NCBI RefSeq assembly: GCF_030144855.1
Contig: NC_082706.1
Span: 106,702,001-106,766,000, forward strand
DNA: 64,000 nucleotides
Origin: Hypanus sabinus
Lineage: Eukaryota
Direction: 5' to 3'
Part shown: in pieces, positions 37,233-47,599 of the stretch
Position numbering within the stretch: position 1 is the first letter of the stretch
How the letters are laid out: each line of letters begins with the position of its first letter
Program-made: the position numbers and the translations under genes
The notes under the pieces: generated by a model
What the model was told of the DNA's origin: nothing
Database searches by the model: none
Seen by the model: the letters and a program-made list of their open reading frames with translations, nothing else

Positions 37233-39164
37233 AATCTATGAAATAAAAAACATAAAATGCTGAAAATACTCAAATAGACAGATGGCATCTGTGTAAAGAG
37301 AAACAGAAGGGAAGTCAAAGAGCATAAAAGAAAAAGAGAGGGCAGGAAGTCTGCAGAAGGATGGGGACAGATTAGGAGAATGGACAAAAAAGTGGCAGAT
37401 GGGACAGTGTAGGGAAGTGTATGGTGATGCACTTTGGTAGAAAGAATAACGGCACAGACTGTTCTCTAAACAGAGACAGATTGAGTGCTGAAACCGAACA
37501 TGCAAGAAGACCTGAGAGTTCTGGTCCAGGATTCCCGAAAGGCTTAATTGCTGTTTGAGTTGGTACTGAAGAAGGCAAATGCAATGATGGCAATCATTTC
37601 GAGGGGTCCAGACTATAATCAAAATAGAATGAGAATCAGGTTTAGTATCACTGGCATAGGTCGTGACACTTGTTATTTTGCAGCTGCATTACTGTACATT
37701 TTATAATAAAAACTATAAATTACAATAAGATATATATTAAATTAAATAAGTAGAGAAAAAGAGCAAAGAAAGAAAAATACTGAAGTAGTACATGTGACTT
37801 CATTGTCCATTCAGAAATCTGATCATCTGAAATGTCCAGGACTAAAGGACATAGATTCATAATAGGACATTTCTTCAGAACAGAGACCAGGATGAATTTC
37901 AGTGACCTATGAAATCCATTGCCATAAACGGCTATGAATTATTGAAATCCAAGTTATTGAATTTATTAAAAAGCCGAGGCTGATAGGTTACGAGGAAAAG
38001 ACAAAATAAATGGGACTAAGAGGGAAAACATAACAGATATGATTCAATGGCCGAGCTGACTCAATGGATCGAATGGCCTAATCCTGCTTCTATGTCTTAC
38101 CGTCTTACGGCTGGGAGAGCGATTGCAGTCGGAGCATGTACGGAGGAAGCTTCTTAATCGATTAACCTAAACTGCCCTAAAGGGGTTATCCGAGAAAAAA
38201 TACACTAACAAATGAGTTGATTTTAACGGGAATGTTTGCGGGAGAGGTTTGCAACTAGTTTTGGGTTACTTATGCAACTTAGATGTTTACAGAAAGAGGG
38301 TCCTGGGCATTAAATAAAGGACATGCACTGCCTGGACACCACGGTAGCCCAGCAATTAGCACAACTCTATTACAATTCCCAGTTCTAAATTGCTCTGTGA
38401 TTAGGTTAGGGTTTATTCGATTTCTAGGGAGTGCCTGGGCCTACCTTGCAGTCTATCGCTAAATAAACAAATAGATATCGTGCTTTCTAATTTTCCAACG
38501 GAAGCTAATGTAATCGAATAATTTAACGTCAGGTTCTGCCCAGCTGGAATCATTAAAATCATTATAATTGGGAAAGATGAAGAATTCACAGACATGTTGC
38601 AGATGGCATTCGGTTCATCAAACATCCCACCCAACGGAACGTACAGGGAATACGGTCGCAGCGATGGGAGCGGAAGCGAGATAGTTCGAGGTTCGGCACT
38701 TTAAGAGCGTGTGTGGGGAGGATATCGGTCTCTTGCTCTGTCACAGAATCCGGAGACAAAAGATTAGACAAAGTGAAGTCCAAAATGATGAAACCGGGGT
38801 ATCTGGGTGAATTATTAACATGTACTCCTGCCGTCTGAAGGTGCCGAGTAACTCCCCTCCCTTCACTGAAGACACTTGCTCCAACTGTGGTGTTAGGCGG
38901 GAATGTGTACGTTGTTCCTGTGACCGCGTGGGTTTCCTCCGGCTGCTCCGGTTTCCTCCCACGTTCAAAACACGTTCGGGTTAGCAGGCGCCCAAAGCAA
39001 CACACACAATATGCTGGAGGAACTCAGCAGGACAAGCAATATTTATGGAAAAGAGTAAATAGTCGACGTTTCGGGCTGAAACCCTTTTTCAGGACTGGAA
39101 AACTAGCAGGTTAATTGATCACATTGATGTAATTGGATGGCCCGGGATTCTTGGTCCGAAAGGC

Positions 39165-39424
39165 CTGTTATCGTGACGTATTTCTTCATGTTAAGCGAGA
39201 GCAAGTTCGAACCCCCCAAATAAATTCGCCTAATGAACTGCTGTGCAATTCTACCAAAATCTCATTTTATGCGGAGGAAGTAATAGTGTGTCGTTTTCAA
39301 ATGGGTTGGAAGGCGTGGTCTGTGACACGTTGACAGAAAGTGGGACGTGAAGCGTGGTGTTATTTATAACTAGCCAGGCCACATCTGAATCTGTGTCACA
39401 TTCAGTCACAACTCGACAAACAAC
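39165..39424 (+). promoter_or_regulatory. Probable TRGV2 promoter
   Basis: TATTTATAA at 39361-39369 and TGACGTA at 39174-39180; paralogous to the V1 promoter. Confidence 0.55.
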
Positions 39425-39464
39425 ATGCGGCTGGGTTGCGTGGCTTTTGTGATACTTTTTCTCC
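39425..39464 (+). CDS. TRGV: TRGV2 leader exon (MRLGCVAFVILFL, phase 1)
   Basis: Identical to the V1 leader. Donor GTTAGT at 39465; 84-bp intron to AG at 39548. Confidence 0.85.
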
Positions 39465-39548
39465 GTTAGTTGATTGATTTTCATCCACTTACACTCTGTT
39501 TGTTTCAGTCTTTCAAACACGTTATGACTTTGATTTCTTTTTCCACAG

Positions 39549-39860
39549 GCAGATGTCTCGGTGCTGAATTGACACAGTCTCCGATGTCCATCACCCGACA
39601 TGAGGGCGAAACGGCTACTATGAGCTGTGATCTGGGCTCAGCGAACACGAACATCATCCATTGGTATCGGCAGCCAGATGGGCAACTCCCGGTCAGGATC
39701 CTTTATTATAATAATGGGGGCAACATGCGCGACGATGGAATTGATGACAGATTTACAGCGAGCGGTGTTGGTCAAGCTGATCAACTAAAGCAGTGTTTTC
39801 TAACTGTGAAGCGTCTCCAGAAAGAGGATTCCGGCACCTATTACTGTGCCTATTGGGACC
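39549..39860 (+). CDS. TRGV: T-cell receptor gamma variable exon, copy 2
   Basis: ELTQSP...MSC...WYRQ...EDSGTYYCAYWD, open frame, 12 nt longer than V1. Confidence 0.93.
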
Positions 39861-39899
39861 CACACAGTTAAACTGCAACCGGTGCCGTTGACAAAAACT
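39861..39899 (+). other. 23-bp-spacer RSS of V2
   Basis: CACACAG (39861-39867) + 23 nt + ACAAAAACT (39891-39899). Confidence 0.88.
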
Positions 39900-40379
39900 C
39901 TTCCTCGGTCAGGTTTTCGAATCATTTCCGACTCTGCGAATTCGCAGTTTATTCCATAAATTCCATCACCTTTCTTCGGATAAAGAACTCTATCCAATTC
40001 TACAGAAGTTACCGGATCAGCGTCCTCGACAGTTTATACATTTACACCTGTCGCTCGAGAACAGGGAGATGGGAGAATATTTCCCCAGGGTATGAGAGCC
40101 CAGACTAGAGGGGATAGTTTTAAAGTGAGAGGGGAAAGATCTATAAGAGACCTGTGTGGTATGTTTTTCAGGGAAAGGGCGGTGGGTACAGGTAACAAGC
40201 TGCCAGAGGAAGAGTTAGAGGCAGGAACCATCCAGAGATTTAAAAGTCATTCGGGCATCTACATGGATAAGAAAGGTTCCGAGAAATACGGGTTAAATGC
40301 ATGTAAACAGGACTGGTTTCCGTGGGTAACTTGCTCGGTAAGGACAAGTTAGGCCGAAGGGCCTGATTCTGTGCTGTAG

Positions 40380-41430
40380 AGCTCAATGGCTCTTATAATT
40401 GTTACAAATCTCTGCACGGTCTACTGGAATCTGCTGTTCCTGAACTTGGTGGTGTAGTTCTGAGGCTCCGGTATGTCCTTCCTGACGGGAGCAGCGAGAG
40501 GAGAACACGACCTGCAATGCGGAGTGGGGTGTCTCTGATGACGGATGTTGCTTTCCTATGATAACGCTTCGTGATGATGCTCTCAATGCTGGGGAAGGCT
40601 TTACGCGTGATGGACTGACCCATATCCAGTAGCTTTTGAAGGTTTTCCATTCAAGGGCATTGGTGCTTCCATACTAAGCTGTGGTGCAGCCAGTCAATAC
40701 ATTCTTCATCACATATCTAGAGAAGTTTGTCAAAGTTTTAGATATCATACCAAATCTTCACAAATTCCTAAAGGATTAGGAGCACTGCATGCTTTCTTTG
40801 TAATTGCCCTTACGTGCTGGGCCCAAAACAGGTCCTCTGAAATGATAACACCAAGAAAGTTAGAGGATACTGACCCTCTCCAGCTCTATCCATCAACACG
40901 AATTCGTTCATGAACTCCAGATTTCCTCCTCTTGAAGTCAATAGCCAGCTCCTTGGTCTTGGTGTCATTGAGTAAGAGATTGTTAGACTCAGTCAGGTTT
41001 TCAATCCCCCTCCTATAGGCTGATTCATCAACACCTTTGATTTGACGTATGGCAGTGGTGTCATCAGCAACCTTTTATATGGCATTGGAGTTGTGTTTAG
41101 CCACACAGTCATGTGTAAAGTGAGTAGAGCAGTGGAATGAGCACACAGCTTTGTGGTGCAACTGTGCTGTTGCCAGTCTGAACTGACAGGTGACTGAAAG
41201 TGAAGAAATCGAGCATCTAGTTGCACAAGGAGGAATTGAGGCCAAGGAGTTGAAACTTAATTATTAGTTCCGAGGGGAAGATGGTATTGAGTGCCAAGCT
41301 GTAGCCAAGAAAGAGCAGGCTGATATATGCATCTTTGTTTTGCAGATGGTCCAGAGTTCAGTAAAGAACCAATGAGATCACATCTGCTGTGGCCCTGTTG
41401 CGCCGCTGGGACAATTAGAGTAGATCCAAT
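40380..41430 (-). mobile_element. Rex1/Babar-type LINE RT fragment (present only in the V2 cassette)
   Basis: Minus strand reads THDCVAKHNSNAI*KVADDTTA..IKGVDESAYRRGIENL. Confidence 0.75.
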
Positions 41431-42599
41431 TCGCTTCTTAGGATGAGCTGATATGTTAAAATATCATGTAAATATTTACACATCATGTTAAAAACTCACT
41501 TCTTAAAACATTTTGTCACTGTGGATTTAAGTGCTACTGGACTTTAGTTATTGAGGCAGGTTACCGTGTTCTTCTTTGGCACCAGAATAAGTGAAGTCTG
41601 ATTGAAGCAGATGGGTACATTCAGCCAAAGTGGGAGGTTAAATATCAGTGAATAGTCCAGCCAGTTGATTAGCACTGATCTTTAGGACTTGGCCAGGTAT
41701 CATGTCTGGGCTGGATGATTTTCATGGATTCCACCTCCTGAAGGCAGCTCACACATCAGCCTCAGAGATTAGAATTACTTGATCATCTGGTAGTGTATGT
41801 GTTTGTGATGGTCCCTCCATGTTTTGATAGTCAAAGCAAGCATAGAAGGCATTGCGGTCATCTGGAAGTGAGCCCTGGTGTCACCTATGTCACTTGATTT
41901 TACTTTATAAGAGGTGATCTTGGTCACCAGACCTGAATGCCTCTAATCTGACCCTCAGCAAATTGCTGATTTCATGGTTCATACAAGGTTTCTGGCGGGA
42001 GAAGACTCTGAATGATTTTGTGGACACACTCCTCTACAACTGTTTTTCTAAAGTCCATGATGAACCTACATGGTGTAGGTGTATTTATTCAGATCCATAG
42101 ATGAAAATGGCCCCATCCACTCGAAGGAATCCCTTATAGCAATAGTTGCTCATCTGCCTCCCTCGACCACCTCTTTGTGGATGTCTCAGAGCAGCTGCAG
42201 AAGAGGGAGGGTGAGCAGATAAAGGCCGAGATGCACATTGACACCAATGACATAGGTAGAAACGGGGAAGAGATTTTTCACTGTGAGTATAGGGAGTGAG
42301 GAAAGAGGCTGGTGAGCACGAGTAATCTCTGGAGATTGTATCCAACTGCTTGATTTGTCTCCTTCATAGCTTGTTATGCCTGATATTGTCCTTCTGTGAA
42401 TAATGTGCAAAGGCACCCCGGGCCCTCTGAACATACACACCTTGCAAACTCCCATCATTTGAAAGAAAGATACTATTAAACTGGGTGGGATGACATCATA
42501 TTTTCTTCACTTCATTCCATTCAGCAACAAGTATTCCATTGGATACTACAGTGGGGGGTGGGGATAGAATGACCTATCAGTGCACAGCAGCAGCAGCCC

Positions 42600-45446
42600 T
42601 GCCAATGGCAGTATGGTGGCTCTGAGGCTCAGCAAGGAAGGGTAAAATCAAGTAGGGCGACAGTGTTAGGAGAGTCAATAATTAGGGGTCGGACAGGAGA
42701 TTTGGTGGCCGTGACAAAGGCTCAGAATGGCGTGCAGTCTTCCAGGTGCTAGGATTAAGGATGGCCCAGAGCAGCTGCAGAAGAGGAAGAGTGAGTGGAT
42801 AAAGGCCGAGATGCACATTGACACCAATGACATAGATAGAAACGGGGAAGAGATTTTTCACTGTGAGTATAGGGAGTGAGGGAAGAGGCTGCAGAGCATG
42901 AGTAATCTCTGGATTACTCCCAGTTCCGCATGCTAGTCAAGGCAGAAATAAGATAAATGAGTGGCGGAGGATCTGGTGTAGGGGGGCTGGGTTTCAGATC
43001 GTTGGATCATTAGGATCTCATCTAGGGAAGCTATGACTTGTACAAAAAGAATAGGTTCCACCTGAACCCTAGGGGGATCAATATCTTTGTGATCAGGTTT
43101 GCTAGAGCTATTAGAGAAGGTCTAAAGTAAGTTGGCAAGGGTTTGGGATCAGGAGTGATAGGGCTAAGGATGGGGCAGTAGATGCAGTGTGTAGTGAGGC
43201 TGTGAGGAAGGACAGTCAGATGATAGCCAAGATTGCAGTCGGTGGGATGAGTTGAAGTACAACATGGGGGAAAATCAAAATGGGTGATAAATTCAGGACT
43301 GAAAGTGTTATATTAGAATGCACATCATATACGGAATAAGGTAGATGGTCTTGCAGCACAGTTAGAGATTGGCAGTGTAATGTTGTGGGCATCATTGTAT
43401 CGTGGCTGAAAGATCATAGTTGGGAGCTTAGCATCCAAGAATGCATATTGTATCAAAAGGAGAGACAGGGAGGCAGAGAGGTTGGGGTGGCTCTGTTGAT
43501 AAAAATGATAGAATTGTTTGAAAGAAAGAGATGACATAGGATTGGAAGATGCAGATTCCTTCTGGGCAGAGTTAAGAAACTGCAAGGGTAAAAAGACCCT
43601 GATGGGAGAGATATACAGGCCTCCGAACCGTAGCCAGGATGTGGAATACAAATTACAACGGGAGATAGAAAAGGCAGGGGGAAAGGACAATGTTTTTATA
43701 GTCGTGAGGGGTTTTTCAATACATGGGTAGGCTGTAAAATCCAGTTGGAGCTGAATCCCAAGAGATTGATTTTCTACAAGATAAATTTTTAGAGCAGCTT
43801 GTGGTTGAGTCTACAAGGAGGAAAGGCAATTCTAGACTGGGTGTTGTATAATGAACTTGATTTGATTAGGGAGCTTAAATTAAGGGAGTCCTTTAGAGAC
43901 AGTGATCATAATATGATAGAATCCACCCCGCAGTTTGAGAGGGAAAATATAAAGTCAGATGTATCAGTGTTACAGTAGAGTGAAGGCAATTGCAGAGGCG
44001 TGAGAGAGAAGCTGGCAAAAGTTGATTGGAAGAAGACACTAACGGGGATGATGGCAGAAAAGCAATGTCTGGGCAATTCGGAAGATGCAGGTTAGATGCA
44101 TCCCAAAGAGGAAATATTCTAAAGAGAGAACTATGATTGACAAAGGAATTTAAAGAAGCTTAAAAGGAAAGGAAATGGTATATAATTAATACATGTAGCA
44201 AAAATTAGTAGGAAGATAGAAGATTGGCATGCTTTATCTATTTATCTATTTATTTAGCGTTACAGCGCGGCATGGACCCTTCCGGTTCTTCGGGCTACAC
44301 AGTCCCAGCATACACCGGACAAACCCAATTAACTATAACCTAACCACGGGAAATTTACAATGGCCAATTAATCTACCTGGTAGGTCTTTGGACTGTTGGA
44401 GAAAACTGGAGGATCTGGAGAAAACCCATATATTCCATGTGGAGGACACACGGAGACTCCTTTCCGAACGGTGCTGGAGTTGAACTCCGAACTGCGGAAT
44501 GCCCCGAGCTGTCATGGCGTCGCACTAACCACAACGCTACCGTGGCCCCTTCTAAAAAAAACACACCGGAAGGTAACTAAAAAAAATAAGGAGGGGAAAG
44601 ATTAAATATGAAGATAAGTTAGCCAATGACATAAAAGAAGATATAAAACTTTTTTTCAGATATATAAGGAGTATAAGAGAGACGAGAGGAGTTATCAGAC
44701 CACTGGAAAATGAGGCTAGAGAGGCAGTAATCTGCGACAAAGGAATGACAGATGAACTTAATAAGTATTTTGGATCAGTCTTCACTGTGGAAGACACTAG
44801 CAGAATGCCAGAAATGCGAGAGTCTTAGGGGGAAGTGAGTGCAGTTGCTACTATTAAGGAGATGGTGCTTTGGAAGCTGAAAGATTTGAAGGTAGATAAA
44901 TCTCCTAGACCAGTTGGACTACATCCCAGAATTCTGAAAGAGGCATCTGAATCGATTGTGCAGACATTAGTAATGATCTTTCAAGAATCACTGAATTGTT
45001 TGAGTATGTGGTTATAAAGGCAAATGAAAAGGTTAACGGGTGAGGAACATTTGATGGCTCCGGGTCTGTACTGACTAGACTTTAGAAGAATGAGAGAAGA
45101 TCTAATTGAAACATATGGAATATTGAAAGATCTGGACAGAGTGGATGTGAAGAGGATGTTTCCTTTAGAGGGAGAGTCTAGGACCAGAGGGCACAGCCTC
45201 AGAATACAAGGACGTCCCTTTACTACAGAGTTAAGGAAAAATCTCTTTAGCCAGAGGGTGCAGCACCTGTGGAATTCATTGCCTTGGACGGCTGTGGAGG
45301 CCAAGTCACAGGGTATATTTAAAGCGGAGGTTGATGGGTTCTTGAATGATGAGAATGTTAACGGTTACGGAGAAGAGAAGAATGGGGTTGAGGGGATCAT
45401 GATCTTATGTGCAGTAGACTCGATGGGCCGAATAGCTTAATTCTGC
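42600..45446 (+). mobile_element. Decayed CR1 LINE ending just upstream of the J cluster
   Basis: ORF1 end REGLK* at 43130, endonuclease fragments (YRPPN), DKSPRP, and a 3' RT/UTR fragment at 45030-45446. Confidence 0.8.
44230..44549 (-). mobile_element. tRNA-derived SINE (near full length)
   Basis: The minus strand starts GGGGCCACGGTAGCGTTGTGGTTAG (A-box-like), has GGAGTTCAACTCC (B-box-like) and ends in a (TAAA/TAGA)n tail. Confidence 0.8.
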
Positions 45447-45647
45447 AACAAGACTGTAGATTGGTGCGTGGAATCTTCCATCCAATAACGAAGCCATCGG
45501 AGATCTTCCTGGTTATTACTCAAACGATGGTTATTTTAAAAGTTGCTCCTTGTATCCGGTTAAGATTCGTGTCGGGTGAGTCCGGATTACCGGGAGGAGC
45601 TGTTTCAGTCTGTAACCGGCAGGTGCAAGTACTCTGATAGGAAGGGA

Positions 45648-45675
45648 CGTTCTTGTCAAGGGGTGTAACACCGTG
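45648..45675 (+). other. 12-bp-spacer RSS of J1
   Basis: Nonamer CGTTCTTGT (45648-45656) + 12 nt + heptamer CACCGTG (45669-45675). Confidence 0.88.
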
Positions 45676-45726
45676 ATAACTCTGGTATACTACACTTTGG
45701 TACTGGAACCAAACTCATCGTCACAG
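45676..45726 (+). CDS. TRGJ: TRG joining segment J1 (NSGILHFGTGTKLIVT)
   Basis: FGxG motif, phase-1 donor G|GTAAGC, upstream 12-RSS. Confidence 0.92.
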
Positions 45727-45853
45727 GTAAGCCTCTGAAACTTTCCGAAACATACACAAACTCTCGAGTAACTTGGTTACTAGCGAGGATAGTTGAGAGC
45801 TAGGTTTACGACAGAGTAAATGGTTTTGCTTAGAGTTTATTTGGGGCCGAGTT

Positions 45854-45881
45854 GGTTATTGTACAAGAGTTGAACATTGTG
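45854..45881 (+). other. 12-bp-spacer RSS of J2
   Basis: Nonamer GGTTATTGT (45854-45862) + 12 nt + heptamer CATTGTG (45875-45881). Confidence 0.9.
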
Positions 45882-45938
45882 CCACCTCTGGTACTTGGAG
45901 AAAAATATTCGGTGGCGGGACTCGGCTCTTCGTCACAA
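45882..45938 (+). CDS. TRGJ: TRG joining segment J2 (TSGTWRKIFGGGTRLFVT)
   Basis: WxKIFGxG motif typical of TRGJ, phase-1 donor A|GTAAGT, upstream 12-RSS. Confidence 0.93.
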
Positions 45939-47599
45939 GTAAGTCTGGAGTGACCCAGCGAGCGGGGGTGAACTGTTGAAGGTTCCAACTCCTTAAGGGT
46001 GGGTAATGAGGGAGAGAGGGTGTGGAGTTTAGACAGTGGGGAATGGATGGGAATTCGAAGGGTGTAGGGGATGAAGTCTGGGTGCGAGTCCACCCGCTGA
46101 GAATCAGGCTTGTAATGCGATCCCTCGGAGCTGTTTGGATGCAATGGGTTTGAGGGAAAATATCTTCGCGTTTTGCACTAGACAAACCTACACCAACGAC
46201 TTAACCTCCATTTGTTTTAATCCCGGCAATGTTACTAAATTTGGTAGCGCGAAAGCGATGGAATAAGATGATTATAATGTGTCACAGCGAAACTCAGGGA
46301 GATTCTGATTTCGACCATTTGGGTCGACTTTCGCGTTGCTAATGGCCATTGTATAACAAGCGCCCCACTTCTAAAGTAAGCCGAGAGATCGGCAACGTTA
46401 AACAAATCATTCAATGCCACTGGTATGTAGAGTGACGGTCTGTACCCACAGATTATTGAAAAGTTTGTAGGAAGCCAAGTTTGCAGAGGGACCGCGTTGC
46501 TCCAACCCAAATATATAAAGTGTTAGAAAAGTAAATTCTGGAAATCTGAAATAGAAATGAAAACGCTGAAACACTCAGCAGGTCAGATAGCATCTGTGAA
46601 GAAAGAAACACTTAATGTTTCTGATGGAGACCCACCTCCAACCTAAAGAATTAATCGTTTCTTTTTCCCAGCGCTTTACATTTGTATGTCTCCAAAGCAC
46701 TTTGCACACTCTCTGAAATGAAATCAGCTCGTCTTTAAACTAGTGACATGTTGCAGATTTTCCGGGAAATCTGCAGTTAATTGGCCAAAAACCCCCAAAG
46801 CTGGTTGAATGGGTGCATAATAGATAGATCGTCTCTGCTTTCCACGTTTGGGCTTTTGGATACGGCTTTTGGAGCCTGACTTTTTCTTGCTAAAGTCTCC
46901 GTAAAATATCAGTTTTAATCGGCGGTGGTCTTCCGCAAGTCTTCCAATCCAATAAACGTTGAAGAAATCACATGACACACAATTAACAGCAGTTTTCGAA
47001 CACAGCTCTCGTCAGTATTCGTTATTTCAGTTTATCAAAAGTAGCTGAAAGTTTAGTTGGCTTAGTTTCAGGGATACTTTCTGGGCTCTGAGACAGTGAG
47101 CAATTTATAAATTCCCGGCGCCAAAAACCTATTGTGAGCCCCTGTTATCGTGGGAAATGCCCTTTTTATTTCGCAGCAGAGTGCATGCAAGGTCTCAAAT
47201 GGTTAATAACTTTGCCAAGTTTCTAGTTTAGGATCTCGGGTTGTGAAAACCCAAAGAGATGGCCCTCAGCAGAGAGGGGTTCCAAGCGCGTGCTGAAAGC
47301 ATAGGTTGAATGGTGGGTTTCATCTGAGCAGTTCTGTATGTTCAGACATAGGTTAATTGCTTCAATTAAAATAGTGAGCCGCCTCTGTCCAAGATATTAA
47401 CTCCTTCACTCAATAGAGAAAAGATAACTGCAAATTGGCAGGACATTGGTTCTAACTTGAAAACGCCTGGCGGGTAACATTACAGAGAAACTGGCCGTTA
47501 TTCCATTCAGCGAAACGCACGGGCACAGTGCATAGGATCGAGGGGTATTTAGCATTCTGCATCCAACATTTGCTTGGTGATCGTTGGTTATGTTTGCAT

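Noticed and set aside
45520-45581. Possible third J upstream of J1 (…KVAPCIRLRFVS G|GTGAGT, good phase-1 donor at J-like spacing)
   Set aside because: No FGxG in any frame and no heptamer or nonamer upstream; at most an unrecognisable relic.
39900-45647. Search for D segments between V2 and J1
   Set aside because: No pair of facing RSSs was seen. Isolated CACTGTG hits (about 41517, 42279, 44783) lack nonamers, and V23/J12 joining needs no D.
46477-46500. KFAEG motif resembling a TRGJ
   Set aside because: Continues as PRC, with no T-x-L-x-V, no splice donor and no RSS.
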